Positions 18,655-28,370 of a DNA stretch of 64,000 bases are shown piece by piece. How positions within the stretch are numbered: the stretch's first letter is position 1; each line of letters begins with the position of its first letter. Under the pieces are notes generated by a model. It did no database searches. It was not told the origin of the DNA and saw nothing but the letters and a program-made list of their open reading frames with translations. Made by a program: the position numbers and the translations under genes. This DNA is from a virus (lineage: Duplodnaviria > Caudoviricetes). The stretch covers positions 132,843 through 196,842 of the IMG/VR virus record IMGVR_UViG_2974637922_000001. The stretch is one strand, 5' to 3'.

Positions 18655-19084
18655 ATTCATTGGAGATGAGTGTCTTAGGAAACCATCAGTAAATGTTGAA
18701 GATATCACAGAGGATGTGGTAACTTTATCCAAGGCAATGAAACAGAAGATGATTGAGTGTAATGGTATTGGTCTAGCAGCCCCACAGGTTGGTAGGAATA
18801 TCAGACTTATAGTTGTGCGACTAATGTGTGGTATGACTGTGGAGATGATTAATCCACGCATCAGTTGGACTTCTGATGACAGATGCATACTTGATGAAGG
18901 TTGTCTTAGTATCCCTGGAAAAACACACCCTGTTGAGAGGTATAAATCCATTAGAGTTAAATTTCAGGACATTACAGGACAACATAAATATTGGAAATTA
19001 TCTAAGATGGACGCACGAGTGGTTCTACATGAGTATGATCATTTGGAAGGTTTATTGATGGTTGATTACCAGAAGACTGGTTAA
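18638..19084 (+). CDS. def: Peptide deformylase
   Basis: GIGLAAPQVG, EGCLS, HEYDHLEG; GTG start with GGAG RBS. Confidence 0.93.
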   Translation: MDLDLKFIGDECLRKPSVNVEDITEDVVTLSKAMKQKMIECNGIGLAAPQVGRNIRLIVVRLMCGMTVEMINPRISWTSDDRCILDEGCLSIPGKTHPVERYKSIRVKFQDITGQHKYWKLSKMDARVVLHEYDHLEGLLMVDYQKTG

Positions 19085-19100
19085 CTTTATAGTATTAACA

Positions 19101-19292
19101 ATGATTATGAAAACGAAGAGAGAGCGTCTTGAAGATGTCATTATGGAATATCTAGATGAAGAATACTCGTCTCGACGTATCTACGAAGAATTCCTATCAG
19201 TAATGATTAATGAATGTCAAGGTAGGGAAGAAGCATCTAAGAAAGCCTTAGAACTTAGAGACTTGATGTTGGGTGATAGACCTGTATTTTAA
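19101..19292 (+). CDS. Hypothetical protein
   Basis: ORF track; start uncertain. Confidence 0.6.
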   Translation: MIMKTKRERLEDVIMEYLDEEYSSRRIYEEFLSVMINECQGREEASKKALELRDLMLGDRPVF

Positions 19293-19310
19293 CAAAGGAG
19301 ATTATCAATT

Positions 19311-19622
19311 ATGACTAAAGAAGTTAGCGATTTGAAACTCACACGACTTGAGTGTGTGAAGTGTGGCGCCACTTGGATCAATGGTAATCATGTATGGAAG
19401 ACTGGTAATACTGGAAGTGAAACCGATCTAGCTGGGTTAGTTTGCAATAAACTAGGTGATGACGATTGCATCAACCCCCTAAGGGGTGCTGAGACAGGTG
19501 ACACTTGGGAACAACGCCTTGGTGACCTGGATACTGGATTCAATGCAAGGAGAGAGCGTCTAGAAGACCAGAGAGCAAGGTTCAAAGAACAATATGGAGA
19601 AGACCCTCACTTTGACGATTGA
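19311..19622 (+). CDS. Conserved cyanophage Cys-rich hypothetical protein
   Basis: CVKCGATWINGNHVW, DLAGLVCN, CINP. Confidence 0.75.
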   Translation: MTKEVSDLKLTRLECVKCGATWINGNHVWKTGNTGSETDLAGLVCNKLGDDDCINPLRGAETGDTWEQRLGDLDTGFNARRERLEDQRARFKEQYGEDPHFDD

Positions 19623-19668
19623 GGAAGTGGCACACCCCCTAGGCAAACCTATGGGGATGCGTTATAAT
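19613..19668 (+). promoter_or_regulatory. Early promoter with an upstream imperfect palindrome
   Basis: TGACGATT..AAGTGGCACA, then TAGGCA-17-TATAAT. Confidence 0.6.
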
Positions 19669-19690
19669 ATGAAGGTAATCAACCAGAGAG

Positions 19691-19906
19691 ATGACACAGC
19701 TTAAAACAAAGTTCCGCAGGTATATCGGTGTTCTCACTGAAGCCGTATCTCGTTCCATCGAGTTAGACTACTCACAACCCAAACTCTATAAGAAGGTCCG
19801 AAGGTTCTACGAGGAACAGGGAGTCTCCTTCACTGGAGACGAGGTAGATGACTACCAAATTGTTATGGATTGTTTAACTGAAGATCTAGTAAAGGAGCCA
19901 GTATGA
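19691..19906 (+). CDS. Conserved cyanophage hypothetical protein
   Basis: PKLYKKVRRFYEEQGVSFTGD. Confidence 0.7.
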   Translation: MTQLKTKFRRYIGVLTEAVSRSIELDYSQPKLYKKVRRFYEEQGVSFTGDEVDDYQIVMDCLTEDLVKEPV

Positions 19907-20139
19907 AGACTATTCTTGAGAGAGAAGGTTTCCGTTTCATTGAGAAAGGTATTATTGAACTCAATGGAATGCCAGACTACCGACTACAGAAACAAGATCA
20001 CTATTCCCAACGATGGAATGATGTTTATCTCTTCGATAACAAGATGCAGTGTCTAACTGCTATGGAAGATATCGAATATTGTAAGTGGTTGTGTGGAGAA
20101 CCCTGTTATGTTCGTGATGTTGTTGGTTCCTATTCATAG
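19903..20139 (+). CDS. Conserved cyanophage hypothetical protein
   Basis: LNGMPDYRLQK..YLFDNKMQCLTAMED. Confidence 0.7.
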   Translation: MKTILEREGFRFIEKGIIELNGMPDYRLQKQDHYSQRWNDVYLFDNKMQCLTAMEDIEYCKWLCGEPCYVRDVVGSYS

Positions 20140-20373
20140 ATGAGAACTACATCCTTCCTAAGGTATCTTGGAAATACCTTACTAGTGTTGGGTCATTTCA
20201 CACTCCTTTGGGGGGATACACAGACCGCCTTGACTATCAAAATCATAGGTGGTCTTTCTTTGTTACCCTTTGCCATCTCCTGGAAGTTGTGGGATGTTGT
20301 GGCACTTGAGTTAATATTTGGAGGTATGGATGTAACCAAGTTCATCCAGTTAGTGTTCGGAGAGACACTTTAA
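20140..20373 (+). CDS. Small membrane protein
   Basis: Hydrophobic 77-aa ORF. Confidence 0.65.
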   Translation: MRTTSFLRYLGNTLLVLGHFTLLWGDTQTALTIKIIGGLSLLPFAISWKLWDVVALELIFGGMDVTKFIQLVFGETL

Positions 20374-20399
20374 ACTTTTCCCTGGCGCGCCCCAATCAC

Positions 20400-20425
20400 A
20401 CCACTCCTCACGGGGTGGTTTTTTA
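20400..20425 (+). terminator. Rho-independent terminator
   Basis: CCACTCC-TCAC-GGGGTGG followed by a T tract. Confidence 0.65.
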
Positions 20426-20457
20426 TTGCTTATAACTAGTGTAACTTGGGTTACATT

Positions 20458-20754
20458 ATGAAAGCCGACGCACAACTAGAACACCACGCCAATTGCTGGA
20501 ATGCTATTCGAAATAATGATAAGGAATACTTTAAGATAGGAGTTGGTGTTTATAAAACCATCAACGCTGACAGGGAATACTATATCAATAGTCGTATTGA
20601 AACTGATAAGAAGAGTGATATATCAGAAATGGATCAAGTGAAAGAAGCCCACTCTAAACACTTAAGTTACTTCATTGGATACAAATCAGAAGTAACAGTT
20701 GAAGCTATCAGTAGTGATTGGAAATCTACATTATACCGGGTTACTACCTGCTAG
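20458..20754 (+). CDS. Hypothetical protein
   Basis: ORF track; ATG start chosen. Confidence 0.55.
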   Translation: MKADAQLEHHANCWNAIRNNDKEYFKIGVGVYKTINADREYYINSRIETDKKSDISEMDQVKEAHSKHLSYFIGYKSEVTVEAISSDWKSTLYRVTTC

Positions 20755-20786
20755 GGTGTGTTATAATAGATGAAATGCATGTTGTG

Positions 20787-21785
20787 ATGAAAGCTTTAAT
20801 CTCTGGAATTACAGGTCAAGATGGATCCTATCTTGCTGAACTTCTACTTAAGAAGGGGTATGAAGTCCATGGTATTATTCGTAGAACCTCCTCGTTTAAT
20901 ACAGGAAGAATCGATCATATCTTCGATCAGTTACACCTCCACTACGGGGATTTGACTGACTCCCTGAACATAGTCTCTATCATTAAGGAAGTAGAACCTG
21001 ATGAGATCTACAACCTAGGGGCACAGAGTCATGTGAAGGTATCATTCGAGATCCCTGAATACACTGCACAAACAGACGCTCTGGGAACTCTACGAGTATT
21101 GGAAGCAGTCCGTCTCCTAGGTATGGAGAATAGAGTTCGTATCTATCAGGCATCCACTAGTGAGTTGTATGGATTAGTTCAGGCAGTTCCACAGAAAGAA
21201 GATACCCCATTCTATCCACGATCCCCATATGGTGTAGCGAAACTCTATGGTTACTGGATTATAAAGAACTACAGAGAGAGTTATGGGATGCACGCTAGTA
21301 GTGGTATCCTATTCAATCATGAGTCACCACGACGGGGTGAGACCTTTGTAACTCGTAAGATTACTAGGGCACTCTCTCGTATCAGTACAGGACTACAAGA
21401 TGTTCTCTACCTAGGTAACCTAAACGCCAAGAGGGACTGGGGACACGCAGAGGACTTTGTAGAGGCTATGTGGTTGATGCTCCAACAGGATAAACCTGAT
21501 GACTATGTGATTGCCACCGGGGAACAATACTCAGTTCGTGAATTTGTAGAGGCATCTGCTGAATACTTTGGTATGAAGATTGAGTGGCAGGGTGAGGGAT
21601 TAGATGAAGTGGGTATAGATAGATTCACTAAGAAAGTCGTTGTTCGTGTCAGCGATAAGTATTTCCGTCCAGCAGAAGTTGAGTCTCTCTGGGGAGATCC
21701 TACCAAGGCTAAAGAGGTATTAGGTTGGAAACCTAAGCATACCTTTAGTTCTTTGGTTGAAGATATGTGTATTTACGGTCAGTGA
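20787..21785 (+). CDS. gmd: GDP-mannose 4,6-dehydratase
   Basis: [59 protein letters not shown]. Confidence 0.96.
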   Translation: MKALISGITGQDGSYLAELLLKKGYEVHGIIRRTSSFNTGRIDHIFDQLHLHYGDLTDSLNIVSIIKEVEPDEIYNLGAQSHVKVSFEIPEYTAQTDALGTLRVLEAVRLLGMENRVRIYQASTSELYGLVQAVPQKEDTPFYPRSPYGVAKLYGYWIIKNYRESYGMHASSGILFNHESPRRGETFVTRKITRALSRISTGLQDVLYLGNLNAKRDWGHAEDFVEAMWLMLQQDKPDDYVIATGEQYSVREFVEASAEYFGMKIEWQGEGLDEVGIDRFTKKVVVRVSDKYFRPAEVESLWGDPTKAKEVLGWKPKHTFSSLVEDMCIYGQ

Positions 21786-21787
21786 TT

Positions 21788-22714
21788 ATGAAAAAGGGTT
21801 CAACGGTAGCAGTATTTGGTTCGGGTGGATTGGCTGGAAGTGCCATCACCAGGGCACTCAGGTGTTCCTTTATGGCACATAAGATTCTTACCCCTAGGAG
21901 TAAGGAACTAGACCTAAGAGAACAGGCAGATGTTCGTAGTTGGTTTAAGGAGAACAAAGTTGATTATGTATTCTTAGCCGCCGCCCTAGTTGGTGGTATT
22001 ATGGCTAACAAGACTAGAAAGGCAGAGTTCTTACACGACAACCTAATGATGCAGTGTAATGTAATTGACTCTGCATACTATAGTGGAGTAAAGAAACTCC
22101 TATTCTTAGGTACCTCTTGTATCTATCCAGCAGGAAGACACCATCCACTAGTGGAACATGAACTACTCACAGGACTATTAGAACCAACCAATGACGCATA
22201 CGCAATCGCAAAGATCGCAGGGATCAAACAATGTGACTTCTACCGAGAACAATATGGATTTGATGCTATCTCTATCATGCCTCCTAATCTATATGGTCCT
22301 GGAGATAATTTCAATGAGGGATCAGGACATGTCCTCGCCTCATTGATGAATAGGTTTCACCTAGCGAAGGAAGCAGGTGCATCTAGAGTTGAATGTTGGG
22401 GTGATGGATCACCTATGAGGGAGTTTCTATATGTGGATGACTTAGCAGATGCTTCCTTATACTTTATGAATAGTTATAGTGAGTCTGGGCACATTAATAC
22501 TGGGACTGGTAGGGATGTAACTATCAAACAACTAGCGGAGACTATTGCTGATGTAGTTGGATACAAAGGTGAGATAGGTTGGGATACAACTAAACCCAAC
22601 GGAAACCCAAGGAAACTACTTGACAGCAGTAGGGCAAACCTGTTAGGATGGGAACCCAAGGTTAAATTTGAAGACGGAATCAAACTCACATACAACTGGT
22701 ATCTAGCACAATGA
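21788..22714 (+). CDS. fcl: GDP-L-fucose synthase / GDP-colitose synthase (Fcl/ColC family)
   Basis: GSGGLAG, AAALVGGIMAN, LGTSCIYP, LEPTNDAYAIAK, PNLYGPGDNF, WGDGSPMREFLYVDD. Confidence 0.92.
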   Translation: MKKGSTVAVFGSGGLAGSAITRALRCSFMAHKILTPRSKELDLREQADVRSWFKENKVDYVFLAAALVGGIMANKTRKAEFLHDNLMMQCNVIDSAYYSGVKKLLFLGTSCIYPAGRHHPLVEHELLTGLLEPTNDAYAIAKIAGIKQCDFYREQYGFDAISIMPPNLYGPGDNFNEGSGHVLASLMNRFHLAKEAGASRVECWGDGSPMREFLYVDDLADASLYFMNSYSESGHINTGTGRDVTIKQLAETIADVVGYKGEIGWDTTKPNGNPRKLLDSSRANLLGWEPKVKFEDGIKLTYNWYLAQ

Positions 22715-23904
22715 CAAAGATTACAAATGGATATACGTGGCCTCTTATGAAGGACACTGTGACCAAGAGAGATAGGTTGAGGATGGCAAAGTTTATCCTC
22801 ACCAGTGATAGACTAACACAAGGTAAAGAAGTTCGTAAGTTTGAGGAGCAGTGGAGTGAGTGGCTTGGAGTTAAACATTCTCTTTTTGTTAGCAGTGGCA
22901 GTACCGCTAACCTACTTCTTGTGTCTGCTTGGAAGGAACTATACGAGATCCCAGACCAGGCGAAAGTAATTGTACCTGCTTGTACTTGGGTAACTAACGT
23001 TGCTCCTATTATCCAGTGTGGATTGACTCCAGTCTTTTGTGATATCAATCTAGAAGATTACTCTTTTGATTTGGATAAACTACAAGAACTACGTGATGAA
23101 TATCACGATGACATCAGAGGTATCTTTGTTACTCACCTCCTAGGATTTCCTGCTAATGTGGAAAAGTTTCGTGATGTTTTCCCCGACGCTCATATTCTAG
23201 AAGATGTATGTGAGAGTCACGGAGCAGTCCTCCCTAGTGGTGATAAGGCGGGAACCTTTGATGTTGGTGGCACATTTAGTTTCTACTTTGGGCACCACAT
23301 GACTACCATTGAAGGTGGTATGGTGAGTACTAATGATCCAGAACTCTATGATCTAATGAGAATGAAGCGTTCTCATGGGTTAGCGAGAGAATCACTATAC
23401 TTTGAAACATACAAAGAGAAGTATCCTGATGTAAATCCACAGTTTCTCTTCGTTACTGAGGGATATAACTTCCGTAATACTGATCTAGCTGCTGTATTAG
23501 GACAGTCTCAACTGAAGAGACTAGACAGTATGATTGGGATTCGTAACAGGAACTATGAGTTATACCAACAATTACTAAAGAAACACGAACATGACCTTAC
23601 ACATGAGTATGGTGGTTCTTTCTATATCCCCTCCACACAGGGGGATGTAAGTAGTTTCTGTTTTCCATTTGTAGTTGATAATATGCACTGTTATCTTAAG
23701 TTAAAAGAACTTCTAGAAGAATACTATGTTGAGTATCGACCTATTGTGAGTGGTAACCTCCTACGACAACCATTCTTGAGAGAATATTCTGCTGAGTGTC
23801 CCAAGGCAGATATAGCCCATGAAAAGGGACTATATATTGGGAATAATCACTTTGTAGATGAGTCTAACTTTCACATGTTAGATGAGATTTTGAGCCAACT
23901 TTGA
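22711..23904 (+). CDS. colD: PLP-dependent DegT-family enzyme, ColD-like GDP-4-keto-6-deoxymannose 3-dehydratase
   Basis: VSSGSTANLL, LEDVCESHGA, FSFYFGHHMTTIEGG (His in place of the Schiff-base Lys), GYNFR, RPIVSGN. Confidence 0.75.
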   Translation: MTKITNGYTWPLMKDTVTKRDRLRMAKFILTSDRLTQGKEVRKFEEQWSEWLGVKHSLFVSSGSTANLLLVSAWKELYEIPDQAKVIVPACTWVTNVAPIIQCGLTPVFCDINLEDYSFDLDKLQELRDEYHDDIRGIFVTHLLGFPANVEKFRDVFPDAHILEDVCESHGAVLPSGDKAGTFDVGGTFSFYFGHHMTTIEGGMVSTNDPELYDLMRMKRSHGLARESLYFETYKEKYPDVNPQFLFVTEGYNFRNTDLAAVLGQSQLKRLDSMIGIRNRNYELYQQLLKKHEHDLTHEYGGSFYIPSTQGDVSSFCFPFVVDNMHCYLKLKELLEEYYVEYRPIVSGNLLRQPFLREYSAECPKADIAHEKGLYIGNNHFVDESNFHMLDEILSQL

Positions 23905-23905
23905 T

Positions 23906-24700
23906 ATGACATTTTCATTTAATCATATGGGCAACTTGGGGCATCTGGGAAACCAGATGTTTCAGTATGCCGCACTCATTGGTATGGGGGCTAAGCATGG
24001 GAGGAGTATTTGTATCCCCCATAAACAAAGTTTTGGGCAATCATACTACCAAGAACTTCGTAGTAATATCTACGATGCCTTCAACCTCTCACCTAATGGT
24101 GTAGGTATCAGTAGGTTCCCCACAGTTCAGGAAGGTAGTTTCCACTTTGATGAGAACTTATTTGAGAACCCACCAGATGAGAACTGTAACCTCTATGGAT
24201 TCTTCCAGAGTGAAAAGTGGTTCTCACATATCAAAGAAGGTATTAAGAAAGAGTTCACTCTAAAGGATGAATACCGGGAAGTGGCACAACTGATGAGAGA
24301 ACAACTCTCTGGTCAGGTTGTTGCTATTCATGTTCGTAGAACTGACTACCTATCCAATCCAAACCACGGAGCATTGGGTTTAGATTACTATGAGAAGGCA
24401 CTGGAGTTGGTTCCTAATAACCTTACAGTAGTTGTATTCACTGATGATCCAGAGTGGGCTAAAGAACAACCACTCTTTCCAGATGATAGGTTCTTTGTAT
24501 CAGAGACAGACTGTCCCTATACAGACCTTGCTCTTATGAGTATGTGTGATTATCATATTATTGCCAACAGTTCATACTCTTGGTGGGGTGCATACTTATC
24601 TGATAGTAAGAAAGTAATTGCTCCTAAACAGTGGTTTGGGGAACCACTTAAAACAAATAACCTGAAAGATCTTTATTGTGATGGGTGGGTGAAACTATGA
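23906..24700 (+). CDS. GT11 alpha-1,2-fucosyl/colitosyl-transferase
   Basis: GHLGNQMFQYA, GFFQSEKWF, IHVRRTDY, IIANSSYSWWGA. Confidence 0.92.
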   Translation: MTFSFNHMGNLGHLGNQMFQYAALIGMGAKHGRSICIPHKQSFGQSYYQELRSNIYDAFNLSPNGVGISRFPTVQEGSFHFDENLFENPPDENCNLYGFFQSEKWFSHIKEGIKKEFTLKDEYREVAQLMREQLSGQVVAIHVRRTDYLSNPNHGALGLDYYEKALELVPNNLTVVVFTDDPEWAKEQPLFPDDRFFVSETDCPYTDLALMSMCDYHIIANSSYSWWGAYLSDSKKVIAPKQWFGEPLKTNNLKDLYCDGWVKL

Positions 24701-25320
24701 GTAACTTTGCAAGTGCTAAACAGTTTATCAAGAATGGTATTGATACACAACAGGAGTCTATCTCTGGTGGTGGCAGCACTATGGCTTCCACAGTTGCCTT
24801 CAGATACTTCCTACCAAAGTATATCAAACAGTATGGTATTGAGAGTATCTTAGACATTGGGTGTGGTGACTGGCATTGGATGTCTACTATCAGAGAAGAG
24901 TTTCCTGATGTAGACTATGAGGGATGGGATGCCTCTGAGGATATGATTAATCCCATGACTGAGAAGTATGGAACAGAGAATACTAGGTTTGAGGTAAAGG
25001 ATATCATTGATAACAAGTATCCCAAAGTGGATTTGGTTATCGCTCGTGATGTTCTATTCCATCTCAAAGAGGATTACCTAAAGAAGGTTCTCAAGAATAT
25101 CAGTAAGGCAGGTGTGAAGTATCTACTAGCAACCACCTTTCCAGGTTTACCTAAGAACGAAGAACTCACTCCTAAGAAATATGACGGTTGGGGATTCAGA
25201 CCAATCAATCTGGATATCGAGCCTTATAATATGAAAGATTATTGTATCAATGATTTCAAGGAAACGACAGCCCCTAACAGAGGATACTATCGTCATGTCT
25301 ATTTGTATGAGGTAAAATGA
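24697..25320 (+). CDS. Class I SAM-dependent methyltransferase
   Basis: SGGGST, ILDIGCGDWHW, DLVIARDVLFHL. Confidence 0.85.
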   Translation: MSNFASAKQFIKNGIDTQQESISGGGSTMASTVAFRYFLPKYIKQYGIESILDIGCGDWHWMSTIREEFPDVDYEGWDASEDMINPMTEKYGTENTRFEVKDIIDNKYPKVDLVIARDVLFHLKEDYLKKVLKNISKAGVKYLLATTFPGLPKNEELTPKKYDGWGFRPINLDIEPYNMKDYCINDFKETTAPNRGYYRHVYLYEVK

Positions 25321-25469
25321 AGATCGAAATTGAACTATCTAAAGATGTAGAATACAAAGGAGAGAAACTAGGTGAGTATATCTGGAACCTAGAAGAGGGA
25401 ATTAATCATGTTACTGGTTTTGGTGATTCACTTGAGGAATGTTTTAAGGAAATTGTGAGGTTTAGATGA
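25317..25469 (+). CDS. Small hypothetical protein
   Basis: 50-aa ORF filling the gap, ATGA-coupled on both sides. Confidence 0.6.
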   Translation: MKIEIELSKDVEYKGEKLGEYIWNLEEGINHVTGFGDSLEECFKEIVRFR

Positions 25470-26197
25470 AGAAAGTAGCTATTATCTTTATTGGAACAGG
25501 TAGATACCTAGAGTTTCTACCAAAGTATTATGAACAGGCAGAAGCAAACCTCTTCCCTGACAGACCCAAACACTACTATGTGTTTACTGATGGTGACTTA
25601 GGTAATGAACTACCTGACAATGTAACTGTATACGAACAGGAACATCTTCAATGGCCATACATCACCCTCTATCGTTTCGGTATTATCCAGAAACACCTAG
25701 AGGAGATTGAGAAGGAGTGTGGTTTCCTACTCTTTATGGATGCTGATACACAGGTAGTATCCCCTGTATCGTTCGATGAAGTATTCAGGAAGGGAAAACC
25801 CTATACAGGTGTTCATCACCCCTGCCACGCCCTGAATATGCCACCACACAATGAGTTTCCTGGTAGTCTAGAAACTAATACAGCATCCAAGGCAGCATGT
25901 AAACCTGGTGATGACTTCTCTGTATATTGGCAAGGTTGTGTATGGGGTGGAAACATAAAGGGTGCTCGTAAGATTATTGATACTCTCCACCACAGAACTA
26001 AACAAGATGAGGAGAATGGAATCATTGCCAAGTGGCATGATGAAAGTCATATCAATAGATACTTCCTTGATAACAAAGATAAGGTGAATACCCTATCACC
26101 TAGTTTCGCATACCCAGAGTCCTTCACTGAGTATATGGAAGACTACGAACCTAAGATTGTACACCTAGCAAAAGAGAATTCTAAGTATCAGGTATGA
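25466..26197 (+). CDS. GT6 family glycosyltransferase (ABO/alpha-1,3-Gal(NAc) transferase family)
   Basis: IGTGRY..F, YYVFTD, WPYITLYRF, MDAD (DxD), YWQGCVWGG, AKWHDESHINRY. Confidence 0.9.
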   Translation: MKKVAIIFIGTGRYLEFLPKYYEQAEANLFPDRPKHYYVFTDGDLGNELPDNVTVYEQEHLQWPYITLYRFGIIQKHLEEIEKECGFLLFMDADTQVVSPVSFDEVFRKGKPYTGVHHPCHALNMPPHNEFPGSLETNTASKAACKPGDDFSVYWQGCVWGGNIKGARKIIDTLHHRTKQDEENGIIAKWHDESHINRYFLDNKDKVNTLSPSFAYPESFTEYMEDYEPKIVHLAKENSKYQV

Positions 26198-26817
26198 GTT
26201 ACTTCACAGATTATGACAACGAATTCACAGTATTTGAGGCACCAAAGAACGGGGGAACTACTCTCCGTCTTTGGATATACTACGCAGGAACAGGGGAGTT
26301 GGTGAAGTCAGCGGAGTCTGAATACTACGCTGGCACTGGAGAAACATACAAACAACTCCAAGAGTGGGGTTATGTGAATGGGGAATACGAGAACCCCAAG
26401 ACCCAGATGGTATGTATCAAGAGAGACCCTGTAGATAGGTTTGTAAGTGCCTTCTATGATAAGGTAATCAAAGAGGGGAGAATCAAAGTAACCATCGATG
26501 AGTTTCTCTCAAACTATGAAGAGATACTTGATAAGTCTACCCTCAAGATGAATGATGGTAAGACTAACTTCATGAAGTTTCACTTTGAGTCACAGACATA
26601 TCACTTTGGTAAAGATAGAGATCTATATCATAAGGTCTTTGATATCTCAGAGGTTGGTACTGGTCTGAAGAAGTATCTGGAGAGTAAGTGGAATATAGAA
26701 CTACCTGATGTCCATGCTAGAAATAGTGGTGGTGGTAGAAAGTTTGATCTCTCCAGGGGACAACTGAATAAGGTAAAGGAAATTTACACACAGGACTATT
26801 ATAATGGGTGGTACTGA
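26194..26817 (+). CDS. Sulfotransferase family 2 protein
   Basis: 5'-PSB APKNGGTT and 3'-PB RDPVDRFVSAF. Confidence 0.8.
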   Translation: MSYFTDYDNEFTVFEAPKNGGTTLRLWIYYAGTGELVKSAESEYYAGTGETYKQLQEWGYVNGEYENPKTQMVCIKRDPVDRFVSAFYDKVIKEGRIKVTIDEFLSNYEEILDKSTLKMNDGKTNFMKFHFESQTYHFGKDRDLYHKVFDISEVGTGLKKYLESKWNIELPDVHARNSGGGRKFDLSRGQLNKVKEIYTQDYYNGWY

Positions 26818-27589
26818 AGGATATATCCTGATAGGTATTGGTGATAGGTATCTACAGATGACAGAGAACCTCACTAAAACTCTAAAGAAACATGGAGATA
26901 ATAGAGGATCCCTAACTATCACAAGATCGGATAATAGGGAACTCTATAGTGAGTGTAACACTGAGTTTGAGAGGAATGGAACTCTACCTAAGATTACCTT
27001 AGATAGATACTTACCTTTTGATCACAATATATTCCTAGATGCTGATATGTTATGTGTAGGTGATACACAACATGTATGGGATCTATTCAGGAGTAGTGAT
27101 CAGTTTGTTCAACAGGTAGGATGTTTGGGAAGAGATCCTAACTTCCACGCTCACCAGTATGAGAGTGAGTTGGGTTTTGAGATTCCTAGAGTCCATGGTG
27201 GTTGTATCTACATCAATAGAGAGAAACTAGACCCAGGGTTCTTTCCCTATATGAGAGAGTGTTTCCTAAACTATAAACAAATATTTCATAATAGTGGTCT
27301 AACCTATAAGAATAGTAGACCAGATCAACCACTATACGCTCTAGCAAATGGTATGTGGGGATTTAAACCTGTGGATCTATACACTAACCCTATCATGACT
27401 ATTGTGAATGATAGTACCCCACCCCCACTAGATAGTGTGTTCTTCAATAAGAAGAGGGGTCCTAAGTTAGATACTCCTGTTCCCTTTGTTCATGTATTCC
27501 GTGGAGAAGAGGGTATGTCTAGGGGTTATACTAGAGGTGACCAGAAGATGTTGTTGTCCCATTATGATTACTACCTGAACTATGAATAA
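26804..27589 (+). CDS. GT-A fold glycosyltransferase (GT8-like)
   Basis: PFDHNIFLDADML, HGG, DQP. Confidence 0.65.
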   Translation: MGGTEGYILIGIGDRYLQMTENLTKTLKKHGDNRGSLTITRSDNRELYSECNTEFERNGTLPKITLDRYLPFDHNIFLDADMLCVGDTQHVWDLFRSSDQFVQQVGCLGRDPNFHAHQYESELGFEIPRVHGGCIYINREKLDPGFFPYMRECFLNYKQIFHNSGLTYKNSRPDQPLYALANGMWGFKPVDLYTNPIMTIVNDSTPPPLDSVFFNKKRGPKLDTPVPFVHVFRGEEGMSRGYTRGDQKMLLSHYDYYLNYE

Positions 27590-28370
27590 AACTATATGGA
27601 TGTGTTGGTTCCAGGGTTGGGATAAGGCACCAGAGATTACAGAGAAGTGTTTAGAGTCCTGGAAACACTACAATAGTGATTGGGATATTGTTCTACTAGA
27701 TGAATCCAACTACAAGGATTACATCTCCATTGATAAAGAACTACCAGGACTGAAGACAAACTATATCTCACTGGGTGATATCCTTCGTCTCTTTCTACTA
27801 AAAGAGCATGGTGGAGTATGGGCAGATGCAACTATCTTCTGCAACAAACCAGTGGATTGGGTTTTGGATTATGAGGATTCTTTCATCTTCACCAGGAAGG
27901 ATAAGATGATTGCCTCTTGGTTTGTTGCTGCTCAGAAAGATTCCCATGTTGTAGATGTATGGTATAATAAGATGTTAGAGTTCTGGAAGTATCGTATGGA
28001 AAATACAGATACTTTCGAGCAACAATATGGTTGGATACACGCTTTGTTCCGTCAGTCCTACGCTCAGGATAGGGGGTTCAGGGATATTGTAGATAGTATG
28101 GATAAGATTGATTGCATGAGTGATGGTCAATCTAGAGGTAAGGGTCCGCACTTTTTTGCACCCTACAGTAAATACTTCTACAACCCTATCAGTGACACGA
28201 TAAAGAATCGTATAGACTCTAAAGTTGATCCACTATATAAGTTGTCTTACAAGGCAAACACAGACTGGAGAAGTCCAGAGAACAGGGGTATCCACCCAGC
28301 AGACCAAAAGATTATGTTGGAATATCCAACTAATAGTGAACTACATTATCTACTCAACACATTAAAATGA
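27582..28370 (+). CDS. Capsular polysaccharide synthesis protein (GT32-like)
   Basis: IWMCWFQG, DILRLFLLKEHGGVWADAT, YKLSYK. Confidence 0.85.
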   Translation: MNKTIWMCWFQGWDKAPEITEKCLESWKHYNSDWDIVLLDESNYKDYISIDKELPGLKTNYISLGDILRLFLLKEHGGVWADATIFCNKPVDWVLDYEDSFIFTRKDKMIASWFVAAQKDSHVVDVWYNKMLEFWKYRMENTDTFEQQYGWIHALFRQSYAQDRGFRDIVDSMDKIDCMSDGQSRGKGPHFFAPYSKYFYNPISDTIKNRIDSKVDPLYKLSYKANTDWRSPENRGIHPADQKIMLEYPTNSELHYLLNTLK

